In this document: positions 37,490-51,573 of the stretch, piece by piece
Layout of the letters: each line of letters begins with the position of its first letter
How positions within the stretch are numbered: the first letter of the stretch is position 1
Assembly (NCBI GenBank): GCA_002245135.1
Contig: NGBS01000312.1
Span: forward strand, 62,001 to 126,000
Length of the DNA: 64,000 bases
Direction: 5' to 3'
DNA from: Proteromonas lacertae
Taxonomy: Eukaryota
Position numbers and translations under genes: made by a program
The notes under the pieces: generated by a model
What the model was told of the DNA's origin: nothing
The model's input: only the letters and a program-made list of their open reading frames with translations
Database searches by the model: none

Positions 37490-40475
37490 TTAAAATAATA
37501 ATATAGATAATGTCATTATCAATAACAAACAAGAAATACTTATTCTCATTGATATATCTTCATATATTCCACTACTTCCTTTACTAATTAATACTCCATA
37601 TTTTTCATTTATCTTATTTCCACTAGAATTGTATAAATATACTTCACTATTTTCTACTGTTCCATTTCCAATAAAGGTTGATTCTAATTCTAATTTCGAT
37701 ACATTAAACACTTTTGTTATATTTGACTTACTAAAATCACAATTATTCTCTAACCAATCAATTGATATAAAGGAATCTTTGGGAATTCCTATACAATTCA
37801 AATCGTCTATTTCATCTACACTTCCTTCAATATCACTGAAGTAACCACAATTCTTTAAATCAAGAACATTTTCAGTTGTATAAATAGTGTAATTACTTTT
37901 ATCATCTTTTGTTGATTTTATACTTATTTGTTTTTGATTATTTCGATAGAATATACTGCTTGTTGAATAGATGTAATATTCTTTATCATCTTCACTAACT
38001 GTATGTTTTATTACTAAATCATTAGGAATTGAATTACCTTCAAAATCAACTACTTCTTCATCTGTTTTACAGATTTTACCTTCTTTATATTCTTCTAATT
38101 TCTTCTTTATTTCTGATAATTTCTTCTCTGTTGTTTCACTTAAGATTGTTAATACAGTTGAATCATCAATTTTAGCACTTGGACTATCACCATTTGTATA
38201 TTTGATAACTATTTCTGTAACTATTTTAAATATATTAAATCATATAATATTATACATTCTGTTGATTTACATAATCCAGTTGGAGATGTTGTTGGACATT
38301 TTATTAAACCATTTCCTTCACATTTTCCACTCAAATCTGCTTTATACGTAAATGCATATTTACTTCCTGTAGCTTTACCAGTTGATGGTTCTGGTGTTTT
38401 TTCTACTTCATATACTAAAAATTCACCTTCTTTCTCTTTCACTGCTAAATTATCACTTATATATACTGTTATATCTTTATCTATTTTATAAGTCATTATT
38501 GTACCAGGTGGAACTACAACTGTATCTACTGGTGTTGTTTTACATTCTGTATGTCCTAATATTCCATTAAAAATCTCTTCAGTTGATGATTTAATTTCAT
38601 AATCAGTAAGTTGAGTTGATGTATAAGAATTTGTTGTTTCTTTTGTTATTGTTATAGGAGTAGTTGGTTTTGTAACATCACATGGAGCTGTTGTAGCACT
38701 TGTACATGATGTCCATTTATTATCAGTACATTTTCCACTTTTAGTATAATCTATATTTCCAATTGTATATTGACTTCCTGATGATAAATATGTCTTTTCT
38801 ACTTCATATACTAATGTTACACCATCTGAAGTTGTTTTAATGTAATTCTTATCAGATATATAAATAACATCAGATCCTGTTTTGGTTGCTTTTAAATAAC
38901 TTCCTCTTGGAATTCTTTTCTTTTTATCACATACAGCAGTTCCATAATTACCCATTATATTTTTGATTAATCCTTCATCATCTGCTGCAGCAACAGTTGC
39001 TGTATAATCAACATCACCAACTTTAGCAGCAATTATATTATCTGCCTTATATGTTATTACAATTGTTTTTCCTTTTAAAGCAGGAACAATTGTATCTTCA
39101 CAAACATCTGTTGTTGAAATAGCATCACCTGTTTTACATAATACTGATTGTTTAACAAATGAATCTGTTGTAGGAATGTCTTTATCATTTGCAGTTGGAA
39201 TATTAGAATCTCGACAAAAACCAGATTTCTCAACATTCATTTCACCAACTGTTATGGTTTGTACATCACCTACAACTGATGATGTTGAAGTATATACTCT
39301 TACATGATCTTCACTATCAATTACTAATACATTCACTTTATTTGATGAATCTGGTGTTGTTACATAAATTGTTGGATTAGCAGCATTTGTATTTGTTAAT
39401 TTTGTATTTTTAATTAAACAATTGTTATGACTTAATATTTTATCAAAATCCTCTTTAGTTGATGATGTAATGTCATAATCAGTAATTCCAGCATAAGTAC
39501 TACCATCAAATGTTAGTGTTATTGCAGATACTGGTGTATCAGTACATGGAGATGTTGTAGCATCTGTACATGATGTCCATACATTACTATCACACTTTCC
39601 ACTTACTTCATGTGCTATATCTCCAATTGTATATTGACTACCTGATGATAAATATTCTTTCTTTGTTATTGGATATATCAAAGTTACACCATCTGAAGTT
39701 GTTTTTATGTAATTCTTATCAGATATATAAATTGTTTCATCTGACTTATCTGTTTTGGTTGCTTTTAAATAACTTCCTCTTGGAATTCTTTTCTTTTTAT
39801 CACATACAGCAATTCCATAATCACCTAATATGTTGTTAATTAATGTTTTATCATCTGTTTCACTACCAGTTAATACTGAACCTGTATAATCAATTTCACC
39901 AACTTTAACTGTTTCAATTGTATTACCACTACCATATGTTATATCAATATTTCCAGGTTCTAGTAAATCATAAAATTAATAAATATACTATTATCATCAC
40001 TACATACATTATCAGCTCCTATTTTATCACCACTACCAGGACATAATACTGTCTGTGTAACAAATGCATCTGTTGTAGGAATTTCTTTATCTTTTGCAGT
40101 TGGAATATCAGAATCTCGACAAAAACCAGATTTAGACTTGTCCATATCACCAATTGTCACTTTTAAAGGATTTTCAGCTACATCAACTTTAGCATCATAT
40201 ACTCTTACATGATCTGCAGTATCTACAACTAATACTTTCACAGCTCCGCCATCAGCAGTTGCTTTTGTGACATAAATATCAGGCTTGCCTGTCTGAGTTA
40301 GTTTTATCATTCCTAATGTGTCAACTCCTTCTAAACCTAGATTAAACTAAATCACTCAAAAACTATACTTCTCAAGTGTGTTTTAGCAGCATTAACATCA
40401 CCCACAACTAATAATACTATTAAATAAATAAATATTCATTCTTATACTCAAAACTATCAATGCAAAAATTTTCAT
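37490..40475 (-). CDS. Signal-peptide, Thr/Cys-rich surface protein with an internal tandem duplication and GPI-like C-terminus, multi-exon
   Basis: N-terminus MKIFALIVLILLVVGDVNA; duplicated blocks KSGFCRDSxIPTAxDKxIPTTDxFV and AVCDKKKRIPRGSYLKATKT; hydrophobic C-terminus ISISCLLLIMTLSILLF*. Confidence 0.75.
38600..40310 (-). repeat. Intragenic tandem duplication, unit ~870-900 nt (boundaries approximate)
   Basis: GAATCTCGACAAAAACCAGATTT occurs at ~39206 and ~40111; TTTTTATCACATACAGCA occurs at ~38921 and ~39794. Confidence 0.85.
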
Positions 40476-40996
40476 CTCACTTCGATTCTATTGGACTATT
40501 TTATCAACCAATAAAACTGTTTCTGTTTTTTTCACTCTCTCTTCAACTTACATTTATTTTCACTCTTTAAACAAATTTTATTGTATATCTATTGCATATA
40601 TCTTATATTCACTATTCTATCAATGCCTAAAACAACAAATACCTCATCTAACTGATTTCTTTTCTAGAATGGTCATTTGGTTATAAAATTAAATATTTTT
40701 ATGTACTACACATACTAGAACACTTATAGAGTAGTTGTCTTCAAAATCAATGTCAGAATTTGAACATCTCATACAATATTTCACAACATACTCTATTATT
40801 TCATATCTTACACATATATTGGTAGTAACAACTATAAAACTGTTTCAGTCATTCAAAATTCTCTTACTTTTCACTTCTTCTCTTACAATCTTCTAAATCA
40901 ACAACATTTTAACATTATAAACTCTTCTATTACATCTATCAATCATCCATTCTTCACTTATTAAGAATTTTCGAGAATGGCTTGGCTTGTTTCAAA

Positions 40997-41852
40997 ATGA
41001 ATATTTTATTACTTTTGCTGTTTTCTCAATTAATATATTGCCAAAATATTCGTTTACCACAATTTGTATCATATGTTGATATAATCTTTATAATAGCCTC
41101 ATGATTATGATTATTTGACTCCTCATTTAAGTTCCCAAACAATAGAAAATCATTATAATAGTATAAAAGATATTTATGAAATATGTATAGTTTATGAAGC
41201 ATCGTTAACTGATGAATTGAATATTCTCTTATCAAAAATGAGAAAAGACAGTGAAATGAAGCCTTTGGTGAAAAAAGGAATAGATTATATGTTAGAGAAT
41301 TTGAAAGAGATAAAAAGTATGATATAATGTTTGTTTATACTATTGTTAATAAGTGAATATCGAAATTCAGTTCGTTATTTTGGTGGTTCATATATCAATC
41401 ATGAATTTATGTGGGAAATATTAGATCATAGTCATAATGAAATAAGTGAAGAATTGATTAATGCAATAACATCGAATTTTGGTAATTATGATGGTTTATT
41501 AAAAGAAATATCAAACAAAACAAATTCATTACATGGTTCAGGATGGATTTGGTTATGTTTGAGATATAATAATACTCTAAGTATAGAGTTATTACGAAAT
41601 GAAGATCATCCCACAATGTTTGGTTATAGACCAATATTTGGAATAGATTTATGGGAACATGCTTATTTCAACGATTATCCAATGAAACGAGGTGAATATA
41701 TCTCCAACTATTTAGACTGTATAGACTGGGAAGCTGTAGATGTAAAATATAAAGAAGCAAAAGATTATATCAATAATCATGTAGAGGAATATCAAAAGAA
41801 GGTAAAAGATAAATATTATGAAAATATTGGAAGATATGAAGAAGAATTATAA
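40997..41852 (+). CDS. Fe/Mn superoxide dismutase family protein with N-terminal signal peptide; second splice junction uncertain
   Basis: LPQFPHDYDYLTPHLSSQTIENHY, GGSYINHEFMW, GSGWIWL, GIDLWEHAY and IDWEAV. Confidence 0.88.
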
Positions 41853-41933
41853 AACAATAATGAAATTATATATATAAAATTAAATAGAATAAACTTATTA
41901 TTATTATTATTATAACATTTGATTATTTTGATT

Positions 41934-43909
41934 TTATGATCTAATTGTGTTTGATGGACATGGTTCTAATTGTTTATCAATACAATGAACTTGTTTAAAT
42001 CGATGATAGCCATCAGGACCATCAGCATAATGATCAATATCAACTTCTAATCTTTCATTTGTTCCTTCAGGGCAATACACCTTATCTTTCATTGCTGAGT
42101 TTAAAGCACATGGTTCTTGTGTAGAAATAATAGATCCAACTGGACAATAATAACCAGGTTCACATAATCCTTGACAATCTTTCGTTGATGATCCTATTAT
42201 ATTACTAAATGTTCCAGAAGGACATGGAATTGGATCAGATGTGTTAAGAGGACAATAATGACCTAATGGACACAAGCCTGAACAAGTCTTTTCAGTTAAA
42301 TTATTTGCATTTCCATAATAACCAGGTGGACAAGGTCTTTTTACACCTTTTTCACAATAATAACCTTCTGGACATTCATTAATATCATAATTTAAATCAG
42401 TTGGAAAATCAATTAATTTATCATTTTCGTCTTTCTCATCATCATCATTATATATATTAATACCATAATTACCTGAAGGTATTTCAATTCTATCACCAGA
42501 TGCTTCAGGACAATAATAACCAGATTCACCACATCTTATAGGAATCGCAGTACCATAAGGACAGTAATACCCTTTTGGACAAATATCAGTACAGCTTGAA
42601 TCAGTCAAACCACTCGAATTACCAAACCTACCAAGTGGACAAGGGAATCTTCTACCATTCATACAGAAATAACCTGGTTCACATTGTAATTGATCAGTAT
42701 GAGTGTATATTGTTTTACCACCCATTGCATAATATCCAATATCAGGAATAAGTGATTTATTTGTATCTATAATAATAATAATATAAAATATTGATATTAT
42801 ATTTTGTTATATATATATATATATATACTTTCTGGACAATATTTAATATCAACATAATTAGCATGCTCAGTACATTCATAAATTTGATCATGAGGATTGG
42901 AAGTTGGACAAACATAACCAGCTGGACATATAATTAAAGTACATTCACTACTACCACAAATATCACTACATTTAATTGATGTAAAACGGTTGTTGTATTC
43001 TTCATCTAATGTACCACCTGTACAAGTACCCTAAATCAATAAAATCAATAGAATTAAAATATATTATAATATACACATTGAGTTGAATTAGAACCAGGAA
43101 CTGTTCCTTGATTTCCAATACATTTCTCTTTACATTCTGAAGATCCTTCAATATCTGTATATGTACCTGATGGACAGGGTATTGGATCTATTGTTCTAAT
43201 TGGACAGTAATACCCAACTGGACATAAACCTGAGCAAGATGAAGTATTGAGAGATTGAGTGTTTCCATACGTACCTGCTGGACATGGGAACTTTTCTCCA
43301 TTTGTACAATAATATCCTGGAGGACAGGGGTATGAAACGCTGTGTAAATTGTCTAATTTAGAATCTTCAATATTATCATCTTCAAATGTCTTTAGTGTTG
43401 TAGTATAATATCCTTCTTGTGCTAATATTACAGAATCTGAACCTTCTGGACAATAATACCTCACTGGACCACATTCATATGCTTTTGAATTTGTTGAACC
43501 TGCTGGACAGTAATAACCAGGTGTACATTTACCAGAACATTCCGCTGATCCAAGTCCAACACTTGAACCAAATGTACCACCAGGACAAGGTATTTCTCTA
43601 TAACTCACACTTCCTTCTGGACAATAATATCCTTTGGAACATAGTCCACTACAATCTGGAGTCTTTAATCCTAATCCTGTACCTGGTCTACCAGCTGGAC
43701 AAGCAGTTCTATTCTAGAAATTTATAATTATTGAATAATAATACCTCACCATCTGCACAATAGTATCCTAATGGACAGATATCACATAAACTAGTCTCAT
43801 TTAAATAATATCCACGCTCACAAGTTTTTGCTAGATCAAATAGATATTTTCAGAAAATACCTTCTGCAACTGCTAGAACAATCAATAAATATATTAAATA
43901 TTGGTTCAT
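41934..43909 (-). CDS. Secreted cysteine-rich repeat protein (CPxGYYCPxG / GCC2-GCC3-like), multi-exon
   Basis: Signal peptide MNQYLIYLLIVLAVA; many CSGxCxxGYYCPxG(T/S) and CPxGTYG repeats. Confidence 0.85.
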
Positions 43910-44006
43910 TATAAATTAATATTGTCTGGCTGCTTCAAAAAAATAAATATACGTTGATGAATTGGCTTGATGTTATTTGTGTCCTTCCATAATAAACATT
44001 AAAATA

Positions 44007-44688
44007 TTAAATATCAGTTGAATTATGAAATTTAAACCTTGAAACAAACTTCTTTTTCTTTGGTACAATACTAAACTCTGGTGGTCTTTCAGCTACTTCT
44101 CCAAATTTCACCTGATCTTTATTTTTAAACAACATCTTATCGACAACATCAATTTCTTTTGTCTTTTTCGATTTTTCATGTTTCTTTTTCAAAAATTCTT
44201 TTTTCTTTTGAAATACTTTCTTTTTACTTTTACTTTCCTCTATTACAATTTGGTGTTGTTCTATCCTATTACGCCTTTTAAATTCTGCAAAACTTTCACC
44301 TTCTTTTCTGCCACTCTAATTATTTATCATATATAAACAATATAAATATATACAGTTGTTTGATTTAGTATTTTTTGTTTTGCTGCTTCTTGTAATTTTT
44401 CTAATTTTGTTTGTATCTATTCATTTATATATATATACATTAACGTATTAAAAAGCATACTTTTGGCTGTTTAATAAAAAGATGTTTTAGTTTATCTGGA
44501 ATTTTGTTTATATCAAATCTATCTAAACAATGATGAAAATTAATACGTCCCTGATGTTTTTCGGAGTTATTTCGTTTTTGTCCGGGTGCATCGTCGTGAT
44601 TCTTATCAACTTTATGTATTCCCTTTAAATTCTGTTTAGAAAAAGGATCTATTGCTTTAATTTTCTTTTTACAAGCTACACGACCCAT
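44007..44688 (-). CDS. CCDC137-like basic nucleolar-type protein, multi-exon
   Basis: KKKIKAIDPF, RKEGESFAEFKRR and DQVKFGEVAERPPEF. Confidence 0.6.
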
Positions 44689-44791
44689 AATTCACAAAAA
44701 TAATGTCAAACTGAATCAAGCTTATTTATTTTTTTTTCTTTTATAATTCAAAGTCTGCTTAATAAAATATCAAATTAAAACTATATTGCTA

Positions 44792-45774
44792 ATGTATATA
44801 ATATTTTGTACTTTTTGTATAGGTCACACGCAGAATCTGACGCTCCAAAGAGAAATTCTTTTACATCTACAGCTTCGAAGAAAATACTCAGTAATAAAGC
44901 AAATACGCTCAGAAAGGGTAATAAAGTCATCGCTTATATTAGTTCAATAAAAACAATTCCTAAACCATCAACCACAACACTATCTACAGCTCAAAAAAGT
45001 TCATCAACACCACTTATTGTTAAAGTAGATGAAAATGAAGATCTTCCAGAAAGATTAAAGAAAGAAGAAACTCCAAAAATGACATTTAAGAAAACTATAC
45101 CAAGAGAAAGAAGTAAAAGTATTTCAAAGGTAGAAGATAAAACTTCATCACTTTCCAACAACACTGTCATTGATAATAGTAAAAGGTCAGTTTCAAATCC
45201 AAAAACAATTAAGACTAATACTACTCATGTATCAACAATCACACCATCACCTTCTCAATCACCACCAACTGTTGATTTCACTAATAGTATACAAATAGAT
45301 AAATACACTGAAGAAAATTTCTTAATCAAATTAAATCGAAGAAGAAATTGTGAATATAAGGAATTAAAGAAATTAATTAGTAATAAAGAAAAAGATGATA
45401 AAATGATCAACGAATTATTGAATGATTCAGTTGATGCGAATACAACAGTAACTACAACTTCTACAGGCACTAATTTTGATAATAGTGTTTTATCTATCCA
45501 TGATATTGATTTATCGACTGATAGTTCTTCTTATTCGCCTATTAAAGATAAGAATTTGTTAGATGTTGCTTCTCCTACTAATAAGATTGTTGATTCTGTT
45601 AAAAATAAAGATTTAGAGGAATTTAGATCTGTTCCAAACACTCCACCAACACCACAATGTAAGCTTCCGGTTGAAGAGAAAATTACATATGAAATGGAGA
45701 ATGCCTTTCAAATACTGATGCAGTCAAGAAGAAATGCATGTTATAAATCTATTTTAAATATAACTAAGGTATAA
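44792..45774 (+). CDS. Low-complexity Ser/Thr/Lys-rich hypothetical protein
   Basis: Long ORF; the likely start is AT|G across a 29-nt intron (44794-44822), giving MSHAESDAPKR. Confidence 0.55.
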
Positions 45775-45811
45775 AACTAGTAATTTAATGTTTTTTTTTT
45801 TATTTTTGAAA

Positions 45812-47091
45812 ATGGGTCATTGCAAAATTATGGACTTTTCACACCCACTTGGTATTTAAATCTCATTTATTTCATCATAGACTTAATTTGGCAGAATATA
45901 GATCCTCAAGGATCTAATAGAGATGGAACAAAATTCTTGATGGATGCTTTAAAATCTCAGAATGTAATTGATCAAGTATTTTTTGCTTCATATATTGATA
46001 TAGATCCCGATATTAACAAAAGAATACATGAAAAAAGAGAATAATAATACACTGGTTAGATACCCTTGCATGATTCAAGATATTTTTAATCCAGAAGCAT
46101 GTATTGAACTTCTTAGATGTAGAAACGATACAACAAATGAGGTAAAAATAATAAATACAAAGTACCAAGATTTTGATCCAAACATTCCAAATTACAGTTT
46201 TGAGATAGTAGAAGGTGCCTACTCCTTCAGAAATTCTGTTTATGCTACACCAATACCGGCTCAAACGCAATGGAGTATTGATTGCATAAAAGAAAGTAGT
46301 AAATCAGTTTCAAAACCAATAGAAACAGAAGTAAAAATAAATAATGAGAAAAATAGATTAGAAATAGAAGAAGATGATAATGATAATGATAATGATGAAT
46401 TAAAAACTTCAACACCTCAAAAAAGAAAGAATAACGATAATGACAATGAAACAAATCAAAGACAAACCAAACAACAATGTTCCAGAATCAAAGATGAAAT
46501 ACTATACCATCCATTATCAACAACCTCCGATTTCCCTTCATCCATTTTATATTTCTATGATGTTAATGAATGCCCATTTAAACTACATGAAGGATGTGAA
46601 ATAATTGGAATTTATTCATATATAAATAGAAATATCAATTCTCTTGAAGAAGATGGAATTGATGATGAATTTGGTGATATTATATTCAATCCATCCAGTG
46701 ATGAAGTTGGAAGAATACATGTAATTGGTTGTAGAAGATTAAACGCATCTTATCCATTGTTCAATCCATATGAATTTGTGTCTGTTACAGAATATAGTAT
46801 ATTTAATATTTTTTCTTTTTGTTTATAGAAAGTCCAGATAAATTGTTATTATATCCATCAATCCCATCTTCTATACCTTTAGAATGTGATAATATTAGAA
46901 ACTTATTAATTAATGATTTGACTGATATATTAGGAGGTGATAAATATGTTAGTTTTTATGTTTTATATAATCTGATAAGTTGTGTTTATGATAGAAGTGA
47001 TAGTGATTTGATATTTGGTAATTTTCCATTTAATATTTCTAGAATTGATGATTCAAATCTCATAACAATGATTGAAAGTGTATTATTATTA

Positions 47092-47146
<55 letters not shown>

Positions 47147-47342
47147 ATAGTATTACAAGTTAATATTGTCAAGATGTCATGTTTTAGATATGACTGTGAA
47201 TAACATGAATATTTCAAATGATTTTAAGCCATGCAAAGATGAAAAGACTAGTAGAATAACTCCTTCAATTCTTCAATGTTTTGATAAAACTCATTTCATT
47301 ATTAATGAAACGAAACTTGAACAAGGAACTTTAAATTATCAG

Positions 47343-47373
<31 letters not shown>

Positions 47374-47866
47374 ATTTAGTGGATTGAATAATTTCTCTTC
47401 TTTAGTAAGAATAATTAATCTTCAAAAGATTACAATTGATTTTGGAACATTTATGAAGAATTATGATATTAATATTCCAGTCCTTAGTTTATCTAAAAGT
47501 CCATCACTTTTAAACGGAGTTACTGCAATTCCTTATAAACCAAATACAACACCAAAATATCCTGATATTAACAATATTGATAAAATTGCTGTTTTGAATG
47601 GAATAAGATATTACCTCTCTATTATTCCTTTATTGAATTATTCTATTCCTAAGAATTTACAAAAAGATATACAAGATATATATGTGAATAAGAGAAAAGA
47701 AGGAAATGGAGTTAAAGAAGATGATTTGAACTTGTGGTTAGTTTTGAGTAGATTTGAGTGTATAAGTCATGGCAGAAATGAGTTAAGTATTGATGATTTG
47801 AAGTTTGTTATATCTTTAGAAGATGAGAGAAGAAAAAGAAATAAAGAAATATTTATCTATAAATAA
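45812..47866 (+). CDS. MCMBP: MCM complex-binding protein, multi-exon
   Basis: LVRYPCMIQDIFNPE, VYATPIPAQTQW, LGGDKYVS, INETKLEQGTL and IQDIYVNKRK. Confidence 0.9.
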
Positions 47867-47944
47867 ATAAGAATTATAATTAAAAAAGTGAAATGATTTG
47901 GATATGTTTTGTTTTTTTTCTTTTAAAAACACATCTAAATTTTA

Positions 47945-49989
47945 TTATTTTACTTTATTATTTAAATTAACGATTAAAGTATCATCCAATTTCTTACAAT
48001 ATTTTTCTTTCATCTCCAAACAAAATCTATACATTTTAAATCCATGCATTATATATCCGTTAAATTCATATGGAATTGGATTTGCATATTTTGAAACTTC
48101 AATTCTATTATATTCACTATCATCATCATCATATTCACCTAATTTATTATTCTCCATACAACAATTACAAAATTCATTACTACAGTTTCTTTTATCTACA
48201 ATATAATTCCCATCTTCATCTGGACAAAATGAATGGTAATACTCTCTTCCATTAGAAATATCATTTATTTTAACATATTTTTTATTCATATAAAAATGAA
48301 ATCTATAAGCTAAAGTAACATAAACCAAGTCAGAAAGTGGAGAATTTGACATTAATTTACATATATATTTACCTCCATTAACTTCAACTAGTGGAATAAA
48401 ACTTTTCAAACAATTTATTGCTTTATAACTAAATGTCATTTTATCATTCCAATTATTGGGGATTTGTGAAACTGAACACTTTATTCTATCTTTTTCACTA
48501 CATAGAATGACGGTTAAACCATTATTTTGTATTTGAATACCAGTATCATCTTCTTTAAAATAAATTCTTATATACTTCTTTTTATTAGATATTTCTATAT
48601 GTCCAAATTTTGATATTTTTTTCTTTGGAGATGATTTTGATGTTAATAGTAATGATATATCGAATGGTGGAAACGCAGTATAAAATGTTAATAATCTATT
48701 GACTTTAACTATATTTCTATTATTATTATTATTATCATTATGGAGAATAGCTGTATTGGTAGTTGTTATATTATCATTATCTTTTACTGGTGAAGTAATT
48801 GGAGTTGATTTCTTTGATTCTATTTGGAAATTGTTTTGATATTGTTTTGATATTTCATCAATTGAATCAGAGATACTTCGAGACTATTTAATAAAAATAA
48901 AAATAAAAATTAATAGAAATTACGTTAGTCATTATATCAGTAGAACTTTTCATAAACTTTGAATCTAATATTTGTTGTATAGTAAATCTCTTTTCTTTCT
49001 AATCATATATATATATATATATATATAATATTATACCTCAACTAGTATATGTCTAATTAAATAAGATGCATCTTTACTAATGGTATTACCACTATCTGGA
49101 ATGACATAATCATATGATATAATTCTCAACATTGTTTGAGTTTTACTTTCACCTTTAAATGGATTTTCTGTTGTTAATAAATAATACCTAATTAAATATA
49201 TATATATATATATATATATTATATTATATTTTTAATTTATACATAATACATCCAACTGCCCAAATATCAATGGATTTATCATATTTATGTACTTTTGATT
49301 CCAACATTTCTGGCGATAAATACTCATATGTTCCACACACACTATTCCTTTCTTCATCTCTATGTCTTAATAATACTGCTAATCCAAAATCACCTATTTT
49401 TAATGAGTTGTTACTAGTTAAGAATAAATTAGAGAGTTTTAAATCTCTGTGAATTATGTTATTCTCATGTATATATTTTAAACCCATTAATAATTCATAA
49501 ATATAGTGTCTTGTATCTGTTTCATTGAATACACCATGTTCATGAAGTAAAGAGTATAATGTACCACTATTTACATAATATAAAAATATGATTAATACTT
49601 TGGACAGTATTCCATCACAATATTTACACTAGATTCATCAGCAAAAGCCTCCTATATAGATATTAGTTCATGGAGTAATATACATAGAATCTGACAATAT
49701 GTTTATGACGTAACATTTTATGTATTTTTATTTCATTCTCTGATTTGCTCAGGATATCTCTATGTATACTATTTCTTGTAAAAATCTTTTTAATGGCCAC
49801 ACATTTTCTAGATGAATTGTAACTACCGTTTAATAAATAATCAGACAAAGATTCAGTAGTTATATCAGCAACATAAACTACTCCAAATCCACCTTCGGCA
49901 ATAACATCTCCAATTCTGTATTTATTCTAATATTAGATTGTAATGGTAGATACATTTAATATTTTCTCGTGTGTTATCTGAAATGCCAT
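47945..49989 (-). CDS. Polo-like kinase with a PLK4-type cryptic polo-box-like C-terminus, multi-exon
   Basis: [27 protein letters not shown] and [12 protein letters not shown]. The C-terminal [35 protein letters not shown] resembles PLK4 LPEKYWRKYQYA..CILMENSPGAD. Confidence 0.8.
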
Positions 49990-50068
49990 TTAAAAATTAA
50001 TAAAACAGCCACAAAAACGGATATAATTTTACAAACACGTTTGTGCAATATACAATTTAGAAAATATA

Positions 50069-51308
50069 ATGTTTAATAATTCTGCTCAACAGCCAAATCA
50101 AAACCCATACACATTCTTACCAAATTCTGGAGCTCCGTATCAGATGAATTATGCTAATTATTCATATCCTTATGGTTATCAATATCCTCCCATCCCAACG
50201 AACAATCAACAAACCACTGAATTTCATCCAGAAAACTATATGGGTTATTCATATCCTAATTTCACAAATGTTCAACCATTTACAAATTCTTATCCGCCTT
50301 TACAACCTTATCCAAATCAGCAGCAAACATATCTTCCTGTCACTAACTATAATCAAAAGACCAATTTCCATAAGTATAATTATGCAATGATTATATTGAA
50401 TTAGAACTTCAAAATATCGTTGTGAAGGATGTAACAAATCATTTCCTTCTTTTAATCATTACCAAAAACACATGAAAGCACATACAGTGTGTAATATTGA
50501 CGGATGTACTTACAGTGCAGTTCCAAAAGTGTTGGAAGAACATCAACTTTCAATTCATAAAACCACAAATATAATCAAACCAAAGAATAAAGAAAAAGAA
50601 TCAAAAAGTGGTACAGAAGAAGGAGAAGTAGGAGGAGGAGAAGAAGAAGAAGAAAATTGTAAAATAAAGATAAATAAACAATTATTGGAATTAATCCCTC
50701 CTAAATATCGATATGTTACAAAAATAGGAAATTCTCAAGAAGAAATAGAAAAATGGAAGAAAGAAAGAAGATCAAATTATCCAACAGAAGAAAATATAAA
50801 GAAAAAAGAAGAAGAAAAACAAAAGAAAAGAGAACGTGGATTACCAGAAGAAGATGAAGATGATAAGAATGAAAATAAGTATAATTTTCTTTATTTTATT
50901 ATTAATTAATATAATAGTCCAAAAAAGAAGAGAAAAATGAAAAATGAATCAGATATTAAAATACCAAGAACTACTACCAATAAAGATGGTGAAACAATCT
51001 GTGGATATTTTTATAGAGGTAAATGTAAATTAGGTAAGAGATGTGAGTATAAACATGATAAAGGGTATAGATTATGTAATTATTATGTAAATGGAAAGTG
51101 TAAAAAAGCAGATCATTGTAATTTAATCCATGATGATGCATTTAAAGAATTATTACTGAATAAGAAAAGTGATGAAGCAAAAAGAGAAACAATTAAGAAG
51201 GAGAATAAGTCGTTATTAGCAAAATTATTAGCTAAGGAAAAGCGTCATGAGAATTTAATTGTTTTACAGTGTTTACATTATATTTATGAGAATAATTTTT
51301 TCTTATAA
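50069..51308 (+). CDS. NUFIP1: NUFIP1/Rsa1-like snoRNP assembly factor with C2H2 and CCCH fingers, 3 exons
   Basis: SQEEIEKWKKERRSNYPTEENI and SLLAKLLAKEKRHENLIVLQCLHYIYENNFF. Confidence 0.85.
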
Positions 51309-51573
51309 TTAAGTATAATTTCTGTTTGTTTGTGAATATTGCATTTATTGGGGTTGTTTAATATACATAATGAAATAAAGAATGTTTTATAGAATTTATA
51401 AAATAAATTGAAATGAAGTAGTTTCTAAAAATGATAAAATGTAAATGATAATGTAAATTACAATGGATTTGACGTGAAGATAAAGAGAATATAATTCTAA
51501 ATTGAGAGGGCTATAGCTAAGTAAATATAATTACAACACTTCATTTTTTTGTCAAATTAAAAAATATACAATC

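Noticed and set aside
40480..40960. Purine-rich minus-strand stretch faintly resembling a decayed kinase (VVHKNI*FYN)
   Set aside because: Too many stops and too little similarity to support by eye; needs tblastn against paralogs.
51323..51330. TGTTTGTT downstream of NUFIP1, the motif linked to polyadenylation-created stop codons in human Blastocystis subtypes
   Set aside because: This gene and the other recognisable genes have genome-encoded stops; one occurrence is not evidence of the mechanism.
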